The notes under the pieces are model-generated. The model searched no databases. It was not told the DNA's origin and saw only the letters and a list, made by a program, of their open reading frames with translations. This document shows, one piece after another, positions 42,320 through 55,302 of a stretch of 64,000 bases of DNA (position 1 is its first letter; each line of letters starts with the position of its first letter). The DNA is from Octopus vulgaris. Its lineage: Eukaryota. The stretch lies in NCBI GenBank assembly GCA_951406725.2, contig OX597814.1, forward strand, positions 33,604,001 to 33,668,000. The letters run 5' to 3'. Position numbers and translations under genes: made by a program.

Positions 42320-44150
42320 CAAGCTTTTAATGTTTAGGCTTCAGTCAATTACTGAAAGTTACAGAAAATTCTTCGAAATTTTTTGTTCATTTCTTTGTCA
42401 GTTTCATGGATGAAAATGTTTTTTGCTCCCAGCTATATCGTTTCCGAAACGATTGGTATAACTCAGGGCAAATTTACTTTCAAATACGCTCAAAAAGAAT
42501 AATAATCATTGCAACTGCATTTAAAACTGAGAAAACCTCATCAAACTTCCGCTTCAATAAGGAATTTGCCTTCACAGCAAAAAGTTCCATCTGTAGGTCA
42601 CTTGGAATTTTAATTATTTTTTGTTCACTAACCAAAAATAACTGTATAAATTTTAGTATATCGCCTTTTTTTCTTTAGCAAATCATGAAAGCGATTTTCA
42701 AAAGATTCTTGCAGCAACCTAACTTTTATTTCAACATTTTTTTTTTGTAAAACTGTAATTTTTTTATTACGCTTATGTATTTTTTTTGCAAGATTCTTGA
42801 TGTGAAATACTGTGTTGAAACAGATATTGTTATACTTGGGAATGGTCATATTTTGCCAATTATACACTATACACTTGGTCTTCACTTCAGCATTATTATT
42901 ATTATTATAATTTTAGTTTTTTGGCAAAAGTCTTTCCCCACACACTTGTGACCTCTTCAGCGACTCTTTATCCCACATATCGTGAAAACTGGCTCAAATC
43001 CTCATTTTAGCAGAGATATGACGAATTGTTATTTTCATTTTGATATCAGTTACCAAGCTAGGAAACTATTTGTTTCAAATTAAGATAATGAGCTGGCTGA
43101 TTACATCAACTAAAAAATACAAAACCAAATACCCAAAAGTTATATAAAAGAGCCCTTTTTTCAGATAACTCCCTCATTTTCATCCAGAAAACTTCGAATA
43201 AAATTTCTTTAGGTTACTGATAAATGAAAATTTGTGAAAAAGCCAAAAGCCAGTTTACCTAACAATGGAACACAAGATCACTATATTCCAAATCTAACAC
43301 GTTGCATATATTCTTTGTATGCTTGTCTGTTTAATGCTCTTGCTTGTTTTTCGTGCATTTTGCAACTGTTAACATAACATGCTGCAAGCTTAGTATGTTT
43401 TTCCACACAACGTCTTTTGGTGTATGATGCAATGCTGTTTTAGAGATCCACTGGTTTGAATGATCCTTGATAGAGCTCCGTCCTTAAGAATACTGATTAG
43501 TCTACTAAAATGTATTTGTAAGTTTTACAAGCACGACTTTACTTTGTCAAATATATCTGATCCGCTTGTTTGTTTTATTCATAAGCGATATATGACCAAC
43601 TCTAAATTGATATTGATTCTTGTTATAAAAATGCTAAACACAAATGTCGATAGCTTCGTCTAAATCTGCAGAAAATAAAGTACGAGCATAGAAAAAAACC
43701 TTCCACTTGCTAGTTTCATAAATACATCGTGAGAGAATTGTTCAGTGAGTCTCATAACTGCTTTATTTGAAAGAGCAATTTATCTCCATTTCTTTCAATA
43801 TTTTTATCTCAAATATTTGGAAACAAGGCCTAACAATTACTTTTCTATCAGAAAGAAAGGCTTCCACTTTTTGGTAGTGCTAAAGTAATTTCATGGGACG
43901 TTTCTTTCAACGAAAAACATTCACAACTTCCTTCAATTACATGTTATTCCTTTCTTCCTTTCAATTACATGTTATTTCCGCCTCTCAAACCAATACATTA
44001 GTTTCAGTGTTGTATTTTGGTGTATCTATTAAGATGGTGTCTTATGTTCTGTGATAAGATAATTTTCACAAACAATGCACAATGGTTTTCCTGAGGGACC
44101 CTCTTTATATAAGAACTTATTTCTCCATTTTTCATTGAATTAACACTTAC
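42320..44150 (-). pseudogene. Decayed hAT transposase (SPIN/Buster, GTF2IRD2-like)
   Basis: FNEKWRNKFL..KPLCIVC (N-terminal Zn finger), DIFDKVK, KDGA, HCIIHQKTLCGK, LQESFENRFHDL, FSSMKLTK (dimerisation domain), in order with frameshifts. Confidence 0.8.
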
Positions 44151-45749
44151 CATCACTTTAAAGTATCAAACGTGTCTTGATCAATTATAGACAAGTGTTT
44201 CATGTACCATTTGTTACCAACAAGGGAAATACTTTTGGTATATGTACAGTGGGTTGCCCATTTGATCTATACATTTCTATAACTCCGGTACGTATTAATT
44301 AAGAGTATTGGCCTCTAGAATTGAAGTAAAGTTCCCAGGTAGTAAAGTACATTTTACATAGAGTGGAGATGGTTCTTGTGGAAACAAAGCATTTTATATT
44401 TCGATGAAAATGTATTATAATTATTTTTATACATTTCATAAATTATATCATAATTCTTTGTATTTGAGTATTTGAATGAAAAAGTAAAGAGTAAATTAGC
44501 TGAAAAGGCATTACCAGATGCAAAGAAGCTCACGAAATCCAAAGCTAATTTTCTAAGGGACAAATGACACTAATCTGTTTTAAGATTTACTGGGTTTTAT
44601 ATAAGTGGGCTTTAGGGTTAAAATGCTATTATTTCGAGAGCAGCATGTTTTTGTGTGGTATGGAGGCGTGTTGTTATAAACGCACCTCTGTACCACACGG
44701 TGTTTAAATGAAGAGAAAACAGTAACATGTTTCATTTAGCAAATATGATTTCAGCAAACTAATATTACCATCATTGGGTTCTATTAGCCTACTTACTCAT
44801 CACTTACATTTTGTGTCTCTGCGCAATTGTTTCTCCAGATGCCTAAATCTGTAGATAACTGACTATTTTCTCTCCATATTCATCCTTGTCGAACAAATTA
44901 TCCCAGCTTTACAGTAGTACGACTGTTACATTCTGACGTTATTTTGTAATAAAATTAATGACAATTCGCTTCAAGTCACGTTCAAATTAGTTCATGAAAC
45001 TCAGCATGAGAAACTCTGTAGAAATAGTTAGCACCATCAACAAAAAATATACACACATACACTCACAAGACAATAAATGAATAAATAAATAAATAAAACA
45101 AAGCATGATCTCCATACATCTACATTGTCGTTTTTATTTGATCAATCCTTATGGTTCTATTCTGTGATGACAATACTTTCTGTCTACATTTGTTGTATGC
45201 ATGTATTAACTAACTTATCAATAGATTTATCATTCCGTATGCGAATAATGTTATATATTTATATATTTATTGTTTCGTATAGTTATTTTATATTTTTGAA
45301 ATATTCTTGGTAGTAAAATTATTTTATATAGCAATAAACAGTTTCTTATTTGTTCTGAGGTTCTTTATTCTTTTTACATAAAAAAAAAGAGATTTGTTAA
45401 AGAAATCTTAGTAGCTAACTTCACTACTGAAACTTTCTCACATTAGAACTTAGCTCACAAACACACTAATATCTACAAAAGCCTCAAAAGTCACGAAGGA
45501 GACAGTAACACCTCAAAATACTAGCGACGATATCCGATTTCAGTGGTTTTTAAGTATACGAACGACGGGAAAAACTCCCTGGAGAGAAGACAAGTCAACC
45601 GAAATTAAAATTCTTCTGTCTGCCATCTATTCGTGAAATATTCTATAAATTAATTATTTAAATCTGCGAGTTCGTGGCTATAGACGAATTCATTCGTGTA
45701 CTTCCTCTTGTAGCTAGAAAAGCATGGTGCACTTTACTATGATATATTT

Positions 45750-46145
45750 TTTTTCTTTTACTTGTTTCAATCATTTGACTGTGGCTATGCTGGAGCACCG
45801 CCTTTAGTCGAGCAAATCGACCCCGGGACTTATTCTTTGTAAGCCCAGTACTTATTCTATAGGTCTCTTTTGCCGAACCGCTAAGTGACGGGGACATAAA
45901 CACACCAGCATCGGTTGTCAAGCAATGCTAGGGGGACAAACACAGACACACAACCATACACACACATACGTATATATATACGACAGGCTTCTTTCAGTTT
46001 CCGTCTACCAAATCCACTCACAAGGCTTTGGTCGGCCCGAGGCTATAGAAGAAGACACTTGCCCAAGGTGCCACGCAGTGGGACTGAACCCGGAACCATG
46101 TGGTTGGTAAGCAAGCTACTTACCACACAGCCACTCCTGCGCCTA
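45750..46145 (-). mobile_element. SINE family B, full length
   Basis: Reverse complement of the 62087 copy. Confidence 0.92.
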
Positions 46146-46339
46146 TATTCGTCTATAACTTGACTAGCCAAAGAAGGAGTTACTAGTTGGGTACTTAACT
46201 CACTAACAATAACAGTAACATTACCCAGTCTTGTTAAGGGAGTAAGCCTAAACACTCAATGCTCGAGAGAAGGACAGTGGTCATGCTTGGAGTACTTTTG
46301 ATCATAGATTTTAAGTTTTACCCGCCAGGGATGATTCGA

Positions 46340-47060
46340 GACTTAAACACCAAGCACGACCTATAGTGAATCAATGCAGTTGAGATCCTGATTGAAGATC
46401 CTTCCGTTGATGCATGCTGTGATCAAATGTGAACCAAGAGGAAATTCTAAAGATTGTAGATCTATGGAGGAATGGTTCAGTACGGTGTATAGTGCAAGAT
46501 CTAAAAGAGATCTGGTTAATGTAGATTTATTGAGGATGACTAAAAGAAGAGAGAATGCTAACACAGTTGGAGATGAAGCACACTTTGCTAGTTCAGAGGA
46601 GCAGAGACCCTTACAGTAACTATAGAGAAGACAGAGAGAGATGATAGAGTGTCTCTGGAGTTGTGACTATTATGCTGGGGGGTTTCGGTTTTTGCCAATC
46701 TCCTGGATTGTTTTCTGCTTTGTTTTGTGTGTGTGTGAGCTTTTTATTATTTTTTTGGAGGTTGTGTAGCATCAGTAGCAACATCATAAAATATGTAATC
46801 AATATTTTGATATAAGTCGCATCTGAGTCTGATCAGTTGCTGCCTACTTCTTTTAAGTCATGAAGCACTGATGCAAGAGATCAGACTGAACTATTAGCTG
46901 AAATGTTGGCTACTGTAATATACACGAGTCATCGTGAGAGATTGTTAAAGTTTTTGAAGCCTAATATTTGAAGCTACTTTGAAAGTTTAGGTGTGTTGAG
47001 TAAGGAGCCATATGCATGAATGTTAGAGGATAAAGAGTCACCGTCAGCCGCAAATGAGAA
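46340..47060 (-). mobile_element. Degenerate CR1-like APE endonuclease fragment
   Basis: LTRSLLDLAL and PLGSHLI resemble the TR..LDL / PLG.SDH motifs. Confidence 0.5.
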
Positions 47061-47552
47061 CAGCTTGGCAACATGTACCATATTTTCGCTAATTATTTTA
47101 GATGCCTATGCAGTCACGAACAGATATAGACACCATCCATCTCTCCCACCTATTGTCCAGTGGCACATTCAGAATGTGTAGCCATTGTATTAGGTGTTGT
47201 TAAATGAGACTGCGTTGTTGTATGTACTTTGGGAGAAGTGCAGGTCCAATGCGTTATTACTTAGTTGTCCATAAGAATAGTGTGGTTAGGAAAAACAGCA
47301 AGGAACTAATTAAGTCTAAAGAAAAGGACTTGAGAGATATAATCAGCCTCTGATTTACCGCGAAGTTCGTAGAAAATGAGCCAGCGTGCTTCCTGTCAAA
47401 GCAAGCTTCGATTTAGCAATCTGACAAAAATAAAATTCCAACCTAAGAGATAAGTTGAGAATCCTATCCTAAGAACAATAAATTTAATTGAAGTGAGATT
47501 GCTTGTGGGATCCAACAAAGTCTTCTCCAGATAAGAAAGTCTCTGCATTTAC

Positions 47553-47665
47553 GCCCAATTCCATACTGTGCGCCCAATTCCATACTGTGCGCCCAATTCC
47601 ATACTGTGCGTCCAATTCCATACTGTGCATCCAATTCCATACTATGCGCCCAATTCCATACTGCA
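47553..47665. repeat. 19-bp minisatellite, ~6 copies
   Basis: Unit ccaattccatactgtgcgc. Confidence 0.92.
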
Positions 47666-48031
47666 CACACTCCGTAAATCTCATCCAAAATTATCCCCTT
47701 TCTACTCCACCTTGTGCTAAATCCGCAATGATTCTATAAACGGTGACCTAGAAAATGTTCGACAATATAAATAAAGGATCAGGAAATATTTCATCCTTCT
47801 ACATCTAGACCTCTATAAATCATGTGACACCTGCAATATATTATTCTCATATTTGGGAATGTGTTGTTGCTACACAACCAAATATCCTAAAACGTATCCA
47901 ATAAAAGTGATTCAATTAAATGGCGAGCATTAAGCAACACACGAACACACGTCAACCTATAGTACACATCCCTCGTCTATTTTTCCACCACAGCTCAAAT
48001 TATCTCCTCTCTTAGGAGCTAGCTGGTTGCA

Positions 48032-49188
48032 TACCTATTTCTTTACTACCCACAAGGGGCTAAACACAGAGAGGACAAACAAGGACAGACAAACGGATTA
48101 AGTCGATCATATCGACCCCAGTGTGTAACTGGTACTTATTTAATTGACCCCGAAAGGATGACAGGCAAAGTCGACCTCGGCGGAATTTGAACTCAGAAGG
48201 TAGCGGCAGACAAAATACCTATTTCTTTACTACCCGCAAGGGGCTAAACACAGAGAGGACAAACAAGGACAGACAAACGGATTAAGTCGATCATATCGAC
48301 CCCAGTGTGTAACTGGTACTTATTTAATTGACCCCCGAAAGGATGAAAGGCAAAGTCGACCTCGGCGGAATTTGAACTCAGAAGGTAGCGGCAGACAAAA
48401 TATCTATTTCTTTACTACCCACAAGGGGCTAAACACAGAGAGGACAAACAAGGACAGACAAACGGATTAAGTCGATCATATCGACCCCAGTGTGTAACTG
48501 GTACTTATTTAATTGACCCCGAAAGGATGAAAGGCAAAGTCGACCTCGGCGGAATTTGAACTCAGAAGGTAGCGGCAGACAAAATACCCATTTCTTTACT
48601 ACCCGCAAGGGGCTAAACACAGAGAGGACAAACAAGGACAGACAAACGGATTAAGTCGATCATATCGACCCCAGTGTGTAACTGGTACTTATTTAATTGA
48701 CCCCGAAAGGATGAAAGGCAAAGTCGACCTCGGCGGAATTTGAACTCAGAAGGTAGCGGCAGACAAAATACCTATTTCTTTACTACCCGCAAGGGGCTAA
48801 ACACAGAGAGGACAAACAAGGACAGACAAACGGATTAAGTCGATCATATCGACCCCAGTGTGTAACTGGTACTTATTTAATTGACCCCGAAAGGATGAAA
48901 GGCAAAGTCGACCTCGGCGGAATTTGAACTCAGAAGGTAGCGGCAGACAAAATACCTATTTCTTTACTACCCGCAAGGGGCTAAACACAGAAAGGAAAAA
49001 CAAGGACAGACAAACGGATTAAGTCGATCATATCGACCCCAGTGTGTAACTGGTACTTATTTAATCGACCCCGAAAGGATGAAAGGCAAAGTCGACCTCG
49101 GTGGCATTCGAACTCAGAACGTAGCGGCAGGCGAAATACCACTAAGCATTTCGCCCGGCGTGCTAACGTTTCTGCCAGCTCGCCGCCT
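48032..49188 (-). mobile_element. Tandem hexamer of SINE family D (one full unit and five 184-bp units) inside one target-site duplication
   Basis: Unit starts at 48032, 48216, 48401, 48585, 48769 and 48953; gctggttgcatacc at 48022 and 49191. Confidence 0.92.
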
Positions 49189-49603
49189 TGGCTGGTTGCA
49201 TACCACCGTCGCTCAGATACACTACACTCACTTGTCTCACCGGTTCTTGCTACCCATATTGAATCCAACCACTACCAGAATCAGCACTAATCGCTATATC
49301 TAATCTTTATCCCCAGAAAGTTTGAAATTCCCGTTCCACCCCTGTTTGGTTGTGTTGTTTCGTTTGGGGTTGTTTTTTATCTGAAATCTCCAGTTTGCAA
49401 CTTTCAAGTGGAAGATTAACATCGCCCGTCTCATCGACATAGGAGGCCCTACAAATGCAACGACCACAACCCCATCCTCCAGTCGATACCAATGAAAAAG
49501 AGGCAATGAAAATAATGCTGCTTTTGCCGAATTTCTCATGCATGAAAGACCATTGATGTGTGACATAATAACATTTATGGTATACCAGGATGTATGCAAT
49601 TCA

Positions 49604-49956
49604 AAAAGGCGACCAGCTGGCAAAAACGTTAGCATGCCCGGCGAAATGCATAGCCGTATTTCGTCTGCCGTTACGTTCTGAGTTCAAATTCCGCCGAGGT
49701 CGACTTTGCCTTTCATCGTTTCGGGGTCGATAAAGTAAGTACCAATTACGGACTGGGGTTGACGTAATCGACTTAATCCGTTTGTCTGTCCTTGCTTGTC
49801 CCCTCTATGTTTAGCCCCTTGTGGATAATAAGGAAATTGGTATTTCGTCTGCCGTTACGTTCTGAGTTCAAATTCCGCCGAGGTCGACTTTGCCTTTCAT
49901 CCTTTCGGGGTCGATAAATTAAGTGCCAGTTAGCCCCTTGTGGGCAATTAAGAAAT
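49604..49956 (+). mobile_element. SINE family D partial dimer with 17-bp target-site duplication
   Basis: aggatgtatgcaattca at 49587 and 49957; second unit re-enters at gtatttcgtctgccg. Confidence 0.9.
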
Positions 49957-51233
49957 AGGATGTATGCAATTCATTCTAGTAGCCGCTACATACCATATTT
50001 GGAGTAATAAAAATTTCCACTACTTTCATAAGCTTGTAACAAACTTTGTGAATAATGATGATCATGATGATCCATTGGTATAGTCATTTTTCGGTAATGG
50101 AGTCAAAAGAGAAACTACGTTAGTGAAACCAACTATATTAACAAAGTATCATTAGCCATAAATTTCCCACTTACCCTCAAGCTGGAAGATAAAAGGAAAG
50201 ACCATCTCAGAAAAAAAAAAACAATATATACTATCTGGCTTGCCTTAATAGCTAAGATGCGAATGTAATTTACAATTCTTTTGTTGATTATCTAAAGATC
50301 TACACCGGAAACAGCTACAATGCAGAGAAACCGTTAGATTAATAACAATATTTTTCAGCTGGTAAGCGATGGTACTTGGCCAAGGAAATTAGTAGAATGT
50401 CAGGGAATGAAAAACGTTGACTATTGTCTCTCTATACCTTCTGTTTCATACAGGGAGTACTAAATAAACGCACGTATCTACTCGCCTAAGTATCTGTTAA
50501 AATGTATAATACACACATATCGCAAACATTGATATAGACCATAGAGCTAACCTTTAAAAATATGGCAGAAAGCTTTCTTTCCTCTTCCAAAACAATCTCT
50601 TATATTGCATTTGTAGAAACTGGTGCCAATATTTGGAATACTTCACTTTATAAGATATCCATTCCATCAACTTAAAATTCGCAACATTGTGACAACTTCC
50701 ATAGAAATAGTGTCATCGATTGACTCTATGAAGAAAAGATAAAATAAGAGGTTTAAGGTCAGTCCAGAGACAGAATCGGTTCCCGTCGATGTTTCATGCG
50801 ACTTCGAAACTGGTGAACGAACGTACTTCAACAAAGATCTGAAAGAGAAACATTCTGGAAACCATCGAAAAAATATAGACGCGTGGTATTTTCTGAAAGC
50901 TTCACAATGATACTAACACGATCAGGAAGTGTAGCACTCGCCTCAATGAATTTCGAAGGTTGTGCATTTGTAATCCAAGTGCATGACATAGCTACTAAAT
51001 ACCTGTTGAATACTAGAAACAACGAAATCAATTAAACCATGTAGATACGAAAATATCGATCACGTAATATTTTTCTAGAAGTCATTTACACATCACGAGT
51101 AATCAGCAATTGACCAAAATTATATCAGCAAATATGTGGCTTGGCGTTGTTGTCAAAACAATACACAATGGCATTTTTAAAAAAGAATACCCTGGAACAA
51201 ATATACAAAATATTTCTGATTTGTGTATATTTA

Positions 51234-51617
51234 CTAGCAGTATCGCCCGACGTTGCTCGGGTTTGTAAGGGAAATAACTATATAAGCATTTTTAGAGAGT
51301 TATAGCCAGAAAATAGCAAAAAAAATGGAAAAAATATGATGGTAATTTTTTTTTTAAATCATTGACTCATCGTAGACATTTTTAGAGAGTTACTTCCCTT
51401 TAAAAAAATATGCATGAAAATGGAAAAAATGATGGTAAATTATTTTTAAAATCGTAGACTCATCGTAGACGCGCGCTAATACCCAGAAGGGCTCGATATG
51501 AATCACGACTATAAGATACCCGGTTTTGGTTAAACTGCACCGCAAAATGTGGGAGTAGTTAGGAATCTAAATCGAAGGGGACAGACACTCAAACAACTAC
51601 AGTTTTATATATATAGA
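51234..51617 (-). mobile_element. Non-autonomous Helitron-like element
   Basis: Minus strand: TCtatatatataaaa 5' end, cccgagcaacgtcggg hairpin, CTAG|T 3' end. Confidence 0.8.
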
Positions 51618-52352
51618 TATATTCTACTGTAATAAATATTGGTAGTGAATTTCAGTCTAAACTTCCATTAGATACAAACAAGTCCTGAATGCTTGAGACA
51701 GAAAAAAAAATGTACTCTTGAGGAAGTCAGCAGCCGAACTTAATCTATTCCATTCAAAACTAATGAAAAAGAGAACACTATAGTACACGGCTTTAAGCTG
51801 TATTTATAAACAGATTATACACTTCCGATTCTGCCTATAATTATTGGTGTACTTGGCTGTGTTATTAAGTCTTTTACTCTTTTACTCTTTTACTTGTTTC
51901 AGTTATTTGACTGTGGCCATGCTGGAGCACCGCCTTTAGTCGAGCAAATCGACCCCAGGACTTATTCTTTGTAAGCCTAGTACTTGTTCTATCGGTCTCT
52001 TTTGCCGAACCGCTAAGTTACGGAGACGTAAACACACCAGCATCGGTTGTCAAGCGATGTTGGGGTGACAAACACAGACACGTATACATATATATAAATA
52101 TTTAGCAATTAAGGACAACTTCTTAATAAGGAAAACTTAACAAGAAATTATCGGGTAGATAGCGTGAAAGACCTCATAAGAGAAAAAATTTCGAAAATAA
52201 TTCTTTCTTATTGAACATATTAATTTATATATAGAGGGCATTATTATACATACATGCCACACGCTAAGAGGGACAAAATTAGTCATTTCTACCAAAAAAT
52301 TTTACTAATCCCACCGAATGCAATTTTTCAAAGTAAGACATTTAAAAATATG

Positions 52353-52399
52353 GACTTGTATCACCTGTGATTTCATACCTCTGTATTCATCAGCAAGCC
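52353..52399 (-). ncRNA. Type I hammerhead ribozyme (inverted copy)
   Basis: Reverse complement of 52719-52765. Confidence 0.8.
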
Positions 52400-52718
52400 T
52401 GGACGTATCATAAATAAACGACCCTACCTCGTCTAAGCCGAGCAGCTAACTGATCAACATCAACGAAGCACATGGGTGAGTTTACATATATTACATCTGG
52501 TAAATGGCAGACTTTTACGAATTGCATTTCGGGAAAGGAATTGTCCTTAATTGCTAAATTTTTATTCCGAAAAAACTTTTCCTTTCCCGAAATGCAATTC
52601 GTAAAAGTCTGCCATTTACCAGATGTAATATATGTAAACTCACCCATGTGCTTCGTTGATGTTGATCAGTTAGCTGCTCGGCTTAGACGAGGTAGGTCGT
52701 TTATTTATGATACGTCCA

Positions 52719-52765
52719 GGCTTGCTGATGAATACAGAGGTATGAAATCACAGGTGATACAAGTC
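52719..52765 (+). ncRNA. Type I hammerhead ribozyme, canonical core
   Basis: ggcttg-CTGATGA-atac(agag)gtat-GAAA-tcac(ag)gtga-TA-caagtc; AUA triplet, predicted cut after 52759. Confidence 0.82.
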
Positions 52766-53574
52766 CATATTTTTAAATGTCTTACTTTGAAAAATTGCAT
52801 TCGGTGGGATTAGTAAAATTTTTGGTAGAAATGACTAATTTTGTCCCTCTTAGCGTGTGGCATGTATGTATAATAATGCCATATATATAAATATATACAT
52901 ATATACGATGGGCTTCTTTCAGTTTCCGTCCATCAAATCCACTCACAAGGCTTTGGTCGGCCCGAGGCTATGGTAGAAGACACTTGCCCAAGATGCCACG
53001 CAATGGGACTGAACCCGGAATCATGTGGTTGGTAAGCAAGCTACTTACCACACAGCCACTCCTACGCATAACGTAAAGACAGATGAAATACAGTTAAGCA
53101 TTGCACCCGGCACACTCACGTTTCTGCCAGCTCGCCGCCATAAAAGCTTTCCTTTTGCAAAACAATCTCTCATATTGTACGCACGTTTCTGCCAGCTCGC
53201 CGACTGTTAGTGTTTAACTAACAGTCGACTGTTAGTTAAACACTAACAGTCGACAAAAGGTGAAGTTTTCAGGTTAAGAAACACATTATCTAACACGTAT
53301 CGGACAAATTCGTTTTGTAATAAGAACAGTTCATATATGTAAGGCTTTTCTAAAATTCAAAGTGTAATTCATTACTCCTTTTTATTGTTTTAAAAATTCC
53401 AATAATGAGGCGTTGTTCTTTACTTAGAAAAATCCTCTTTTTATAGGAATAATTCAATTATTACATATAGTGTATATGTATGCATGTAGCATGTATATAC
53501 ATTCATATATACATACATACTTACATACATACATATATATATATATATATAAACATGCATATACAATGATACTT

Positions 53575-53690
53575 CATTTTACGAGGGCCCGCTTTACGAG
53601 ACCCCGGGTCTACGAGCTTTTACGAGTTTTATTGTCTGTTTACTAGTTTCGCTTTACGAGCGTTCTCCAGGTACGAATTAACTCGTCTCC
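53575..53690. mobile_element. Possible Tigger/pogo-type MITE remnant
   Basis: Five TACGAG motif repeats resembling subterminal repeats; no intact terminal inverted repeats. Confidence 0.3.
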
Positions 53691-53789
53691 ATTCTTTTTG
53701 AGCATTCTCTTCATTTTAACACATACATCTTTTCTCTCCTCTCTATCTATTTAATACTACCACTACATTCTCAATATTTCATTCACGCC

Positions 53790-54866
53790 ACAAGACCCCT
53801 TCAATTGTAAAGAGGGTGGGTGCATCAAGGTCTCCTTGCTTTACTCCATTTTCTACGGCAAAAGATTCAGAAAGCCTACCGCCAAAATTAACTCTAGTCT
53901 TCATATATTGATGCAATGCCCTGATCGCGCTTACAAATTTTTCTGGGCAACCTATTTTCTTTCGTATTAGCCACAGAGAATTTCGATTAACAGTATTGAA
54001 TGTCTTGCTTAAATCAACAAAGCAATGGTATAGGGCATAATTCTGCTCAATGCACATTTCCCGAAATGTCAAATGAACAATGCACTTTTCCAACGACATA
54101 AATAACAACACAAAATTGGTTCTTTACAGATCGTTTGCCTTACCATTCCTGATGTATTCTTCTGAAACATGAACGTATTATGAAAGACATTTCAAACTGT
54201 TAGAATGATTCCACCAAATATGCCTTCGCCGCATATTAAATGGGGATTTTTTTTTACTCCAGACACAGATTAATTCAATTAAATCAATGATTCTGAAAAA
54301 CCAAATGAGGTGGTCACGCCATATTGTTCGAATGCCGGATAAACGCAACCCAAATAACTGTTTTATGGCGAGGTTGCAAAAGAGATTTAAGGATGACATA
54401 GGGACTACTATGAAGTCACTTGGAATGGATCCAAGGGCCATAGAAACCTATGCATCGGATCGAGCTGGATGGCGAACAAGTGCAGAGTGGAGTGAAAGCT
54501 TTTGTGTGCACAGTTTGTGACCGACCATGCCTTTCTTTTTGCTGGGCTCAAATCTCATTTGCTGGGCTCAAATCTCATGAAAAACGAACCGCCACCAACT
54601 TTTCTGCCTGCATATATTTGAGCACACATTTCAATGCCGTGTATGCCATAAGGTCTGCAAAACTAGCGGAGGCCTCAAAAGACATTTTAAGATCCACAAA
54701 GATCAGAACTTAACTGCAGCTCTTGGTTGTCGAAATCAGATATGCAATCTATGTGTGTGTCTTTTCAATACGTTGTCTGGTTTAAAAAGCCACATCAGAT
54801 GCCATGAGGGATCTAAGTTGTAAGCACAAGAGGTAGTCAAACTCTGCATAATGAGTAGACAACCAC

Positions 54867-54870
<4 letters not shown>
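53790..54870. mobile_element. RTE-type LINE fragment with inverted 5' part
   Basis: Minus 53790-54170: FVDLSKTFNTVNR, GCPEKFV, NGVKQG. Plus 54180-54870: FHQICLRRIL, QMRWSRHIVRMPD, CTVCDRPC..GLKSH. Confidence 0.8.
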
Positions 54871-54925
<55 letters not shown>

Positions 54926-54934
54926 TTTGATATA

Positions 54935-55302
54935 TCTATTATATAAAATCCGTTCTGTCTGTCTGTGTGTGTGCCTTCTAGGATCTCGGGTATCCTCCAT
55001 CCAATTGCACTCAAATTTGATATGTAGATACCGACGGTATCAGGACATGTATAAGTCTTGAAAAAATTACAAAAATCGATTCCTGGTGAGAATGTGATCA
55101 ATAAAGCTGTGGGAACGTGCATTTGTATGCGCAAGTACATCAGTCGAAATCCGTCTTTTGCTGGTGTCTCAAAATTAGGTTAAATCAATGTTTCTCAAAG
55201 GGGAGGCCTATGGGACGGTCGGACAAGTTGTTTTGAGAAAATTTGGTTTAAATGTTTGACAACTCAGCACCATCCATTGGACGTGGGGGGGGGGTTTGCT
55301 CG
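54935..55302 (+). mobile_element. Helitron-like non-autonomous element
   Basis: TCtattatataaaa start, (GTCT)n, ends gctcg|t in a TA tract. Confidence 0.55.

Larger units (their letters stand above)
52237..52880. repeat. Near-perfect inverted repeat, ~303-bp arms with a 38-bp spacer
   Basis: 52237-52540 is the reverse complement of 52579-52880 apart from two single-base indels seen by eye. Confidence 0.95.
51870..53067 (-). mobile_element. SINE family B split at its central TA tract by a palindromic insert
   Basis: Tail at 51870-52095, head at 52885-53067. Confidence 0.9.

Noticed and set aside
52408-52813. Two ORFs with identical N-termini on opposite strands
   Set aside because: A by-product of the inverted repeat; no recognisable domain
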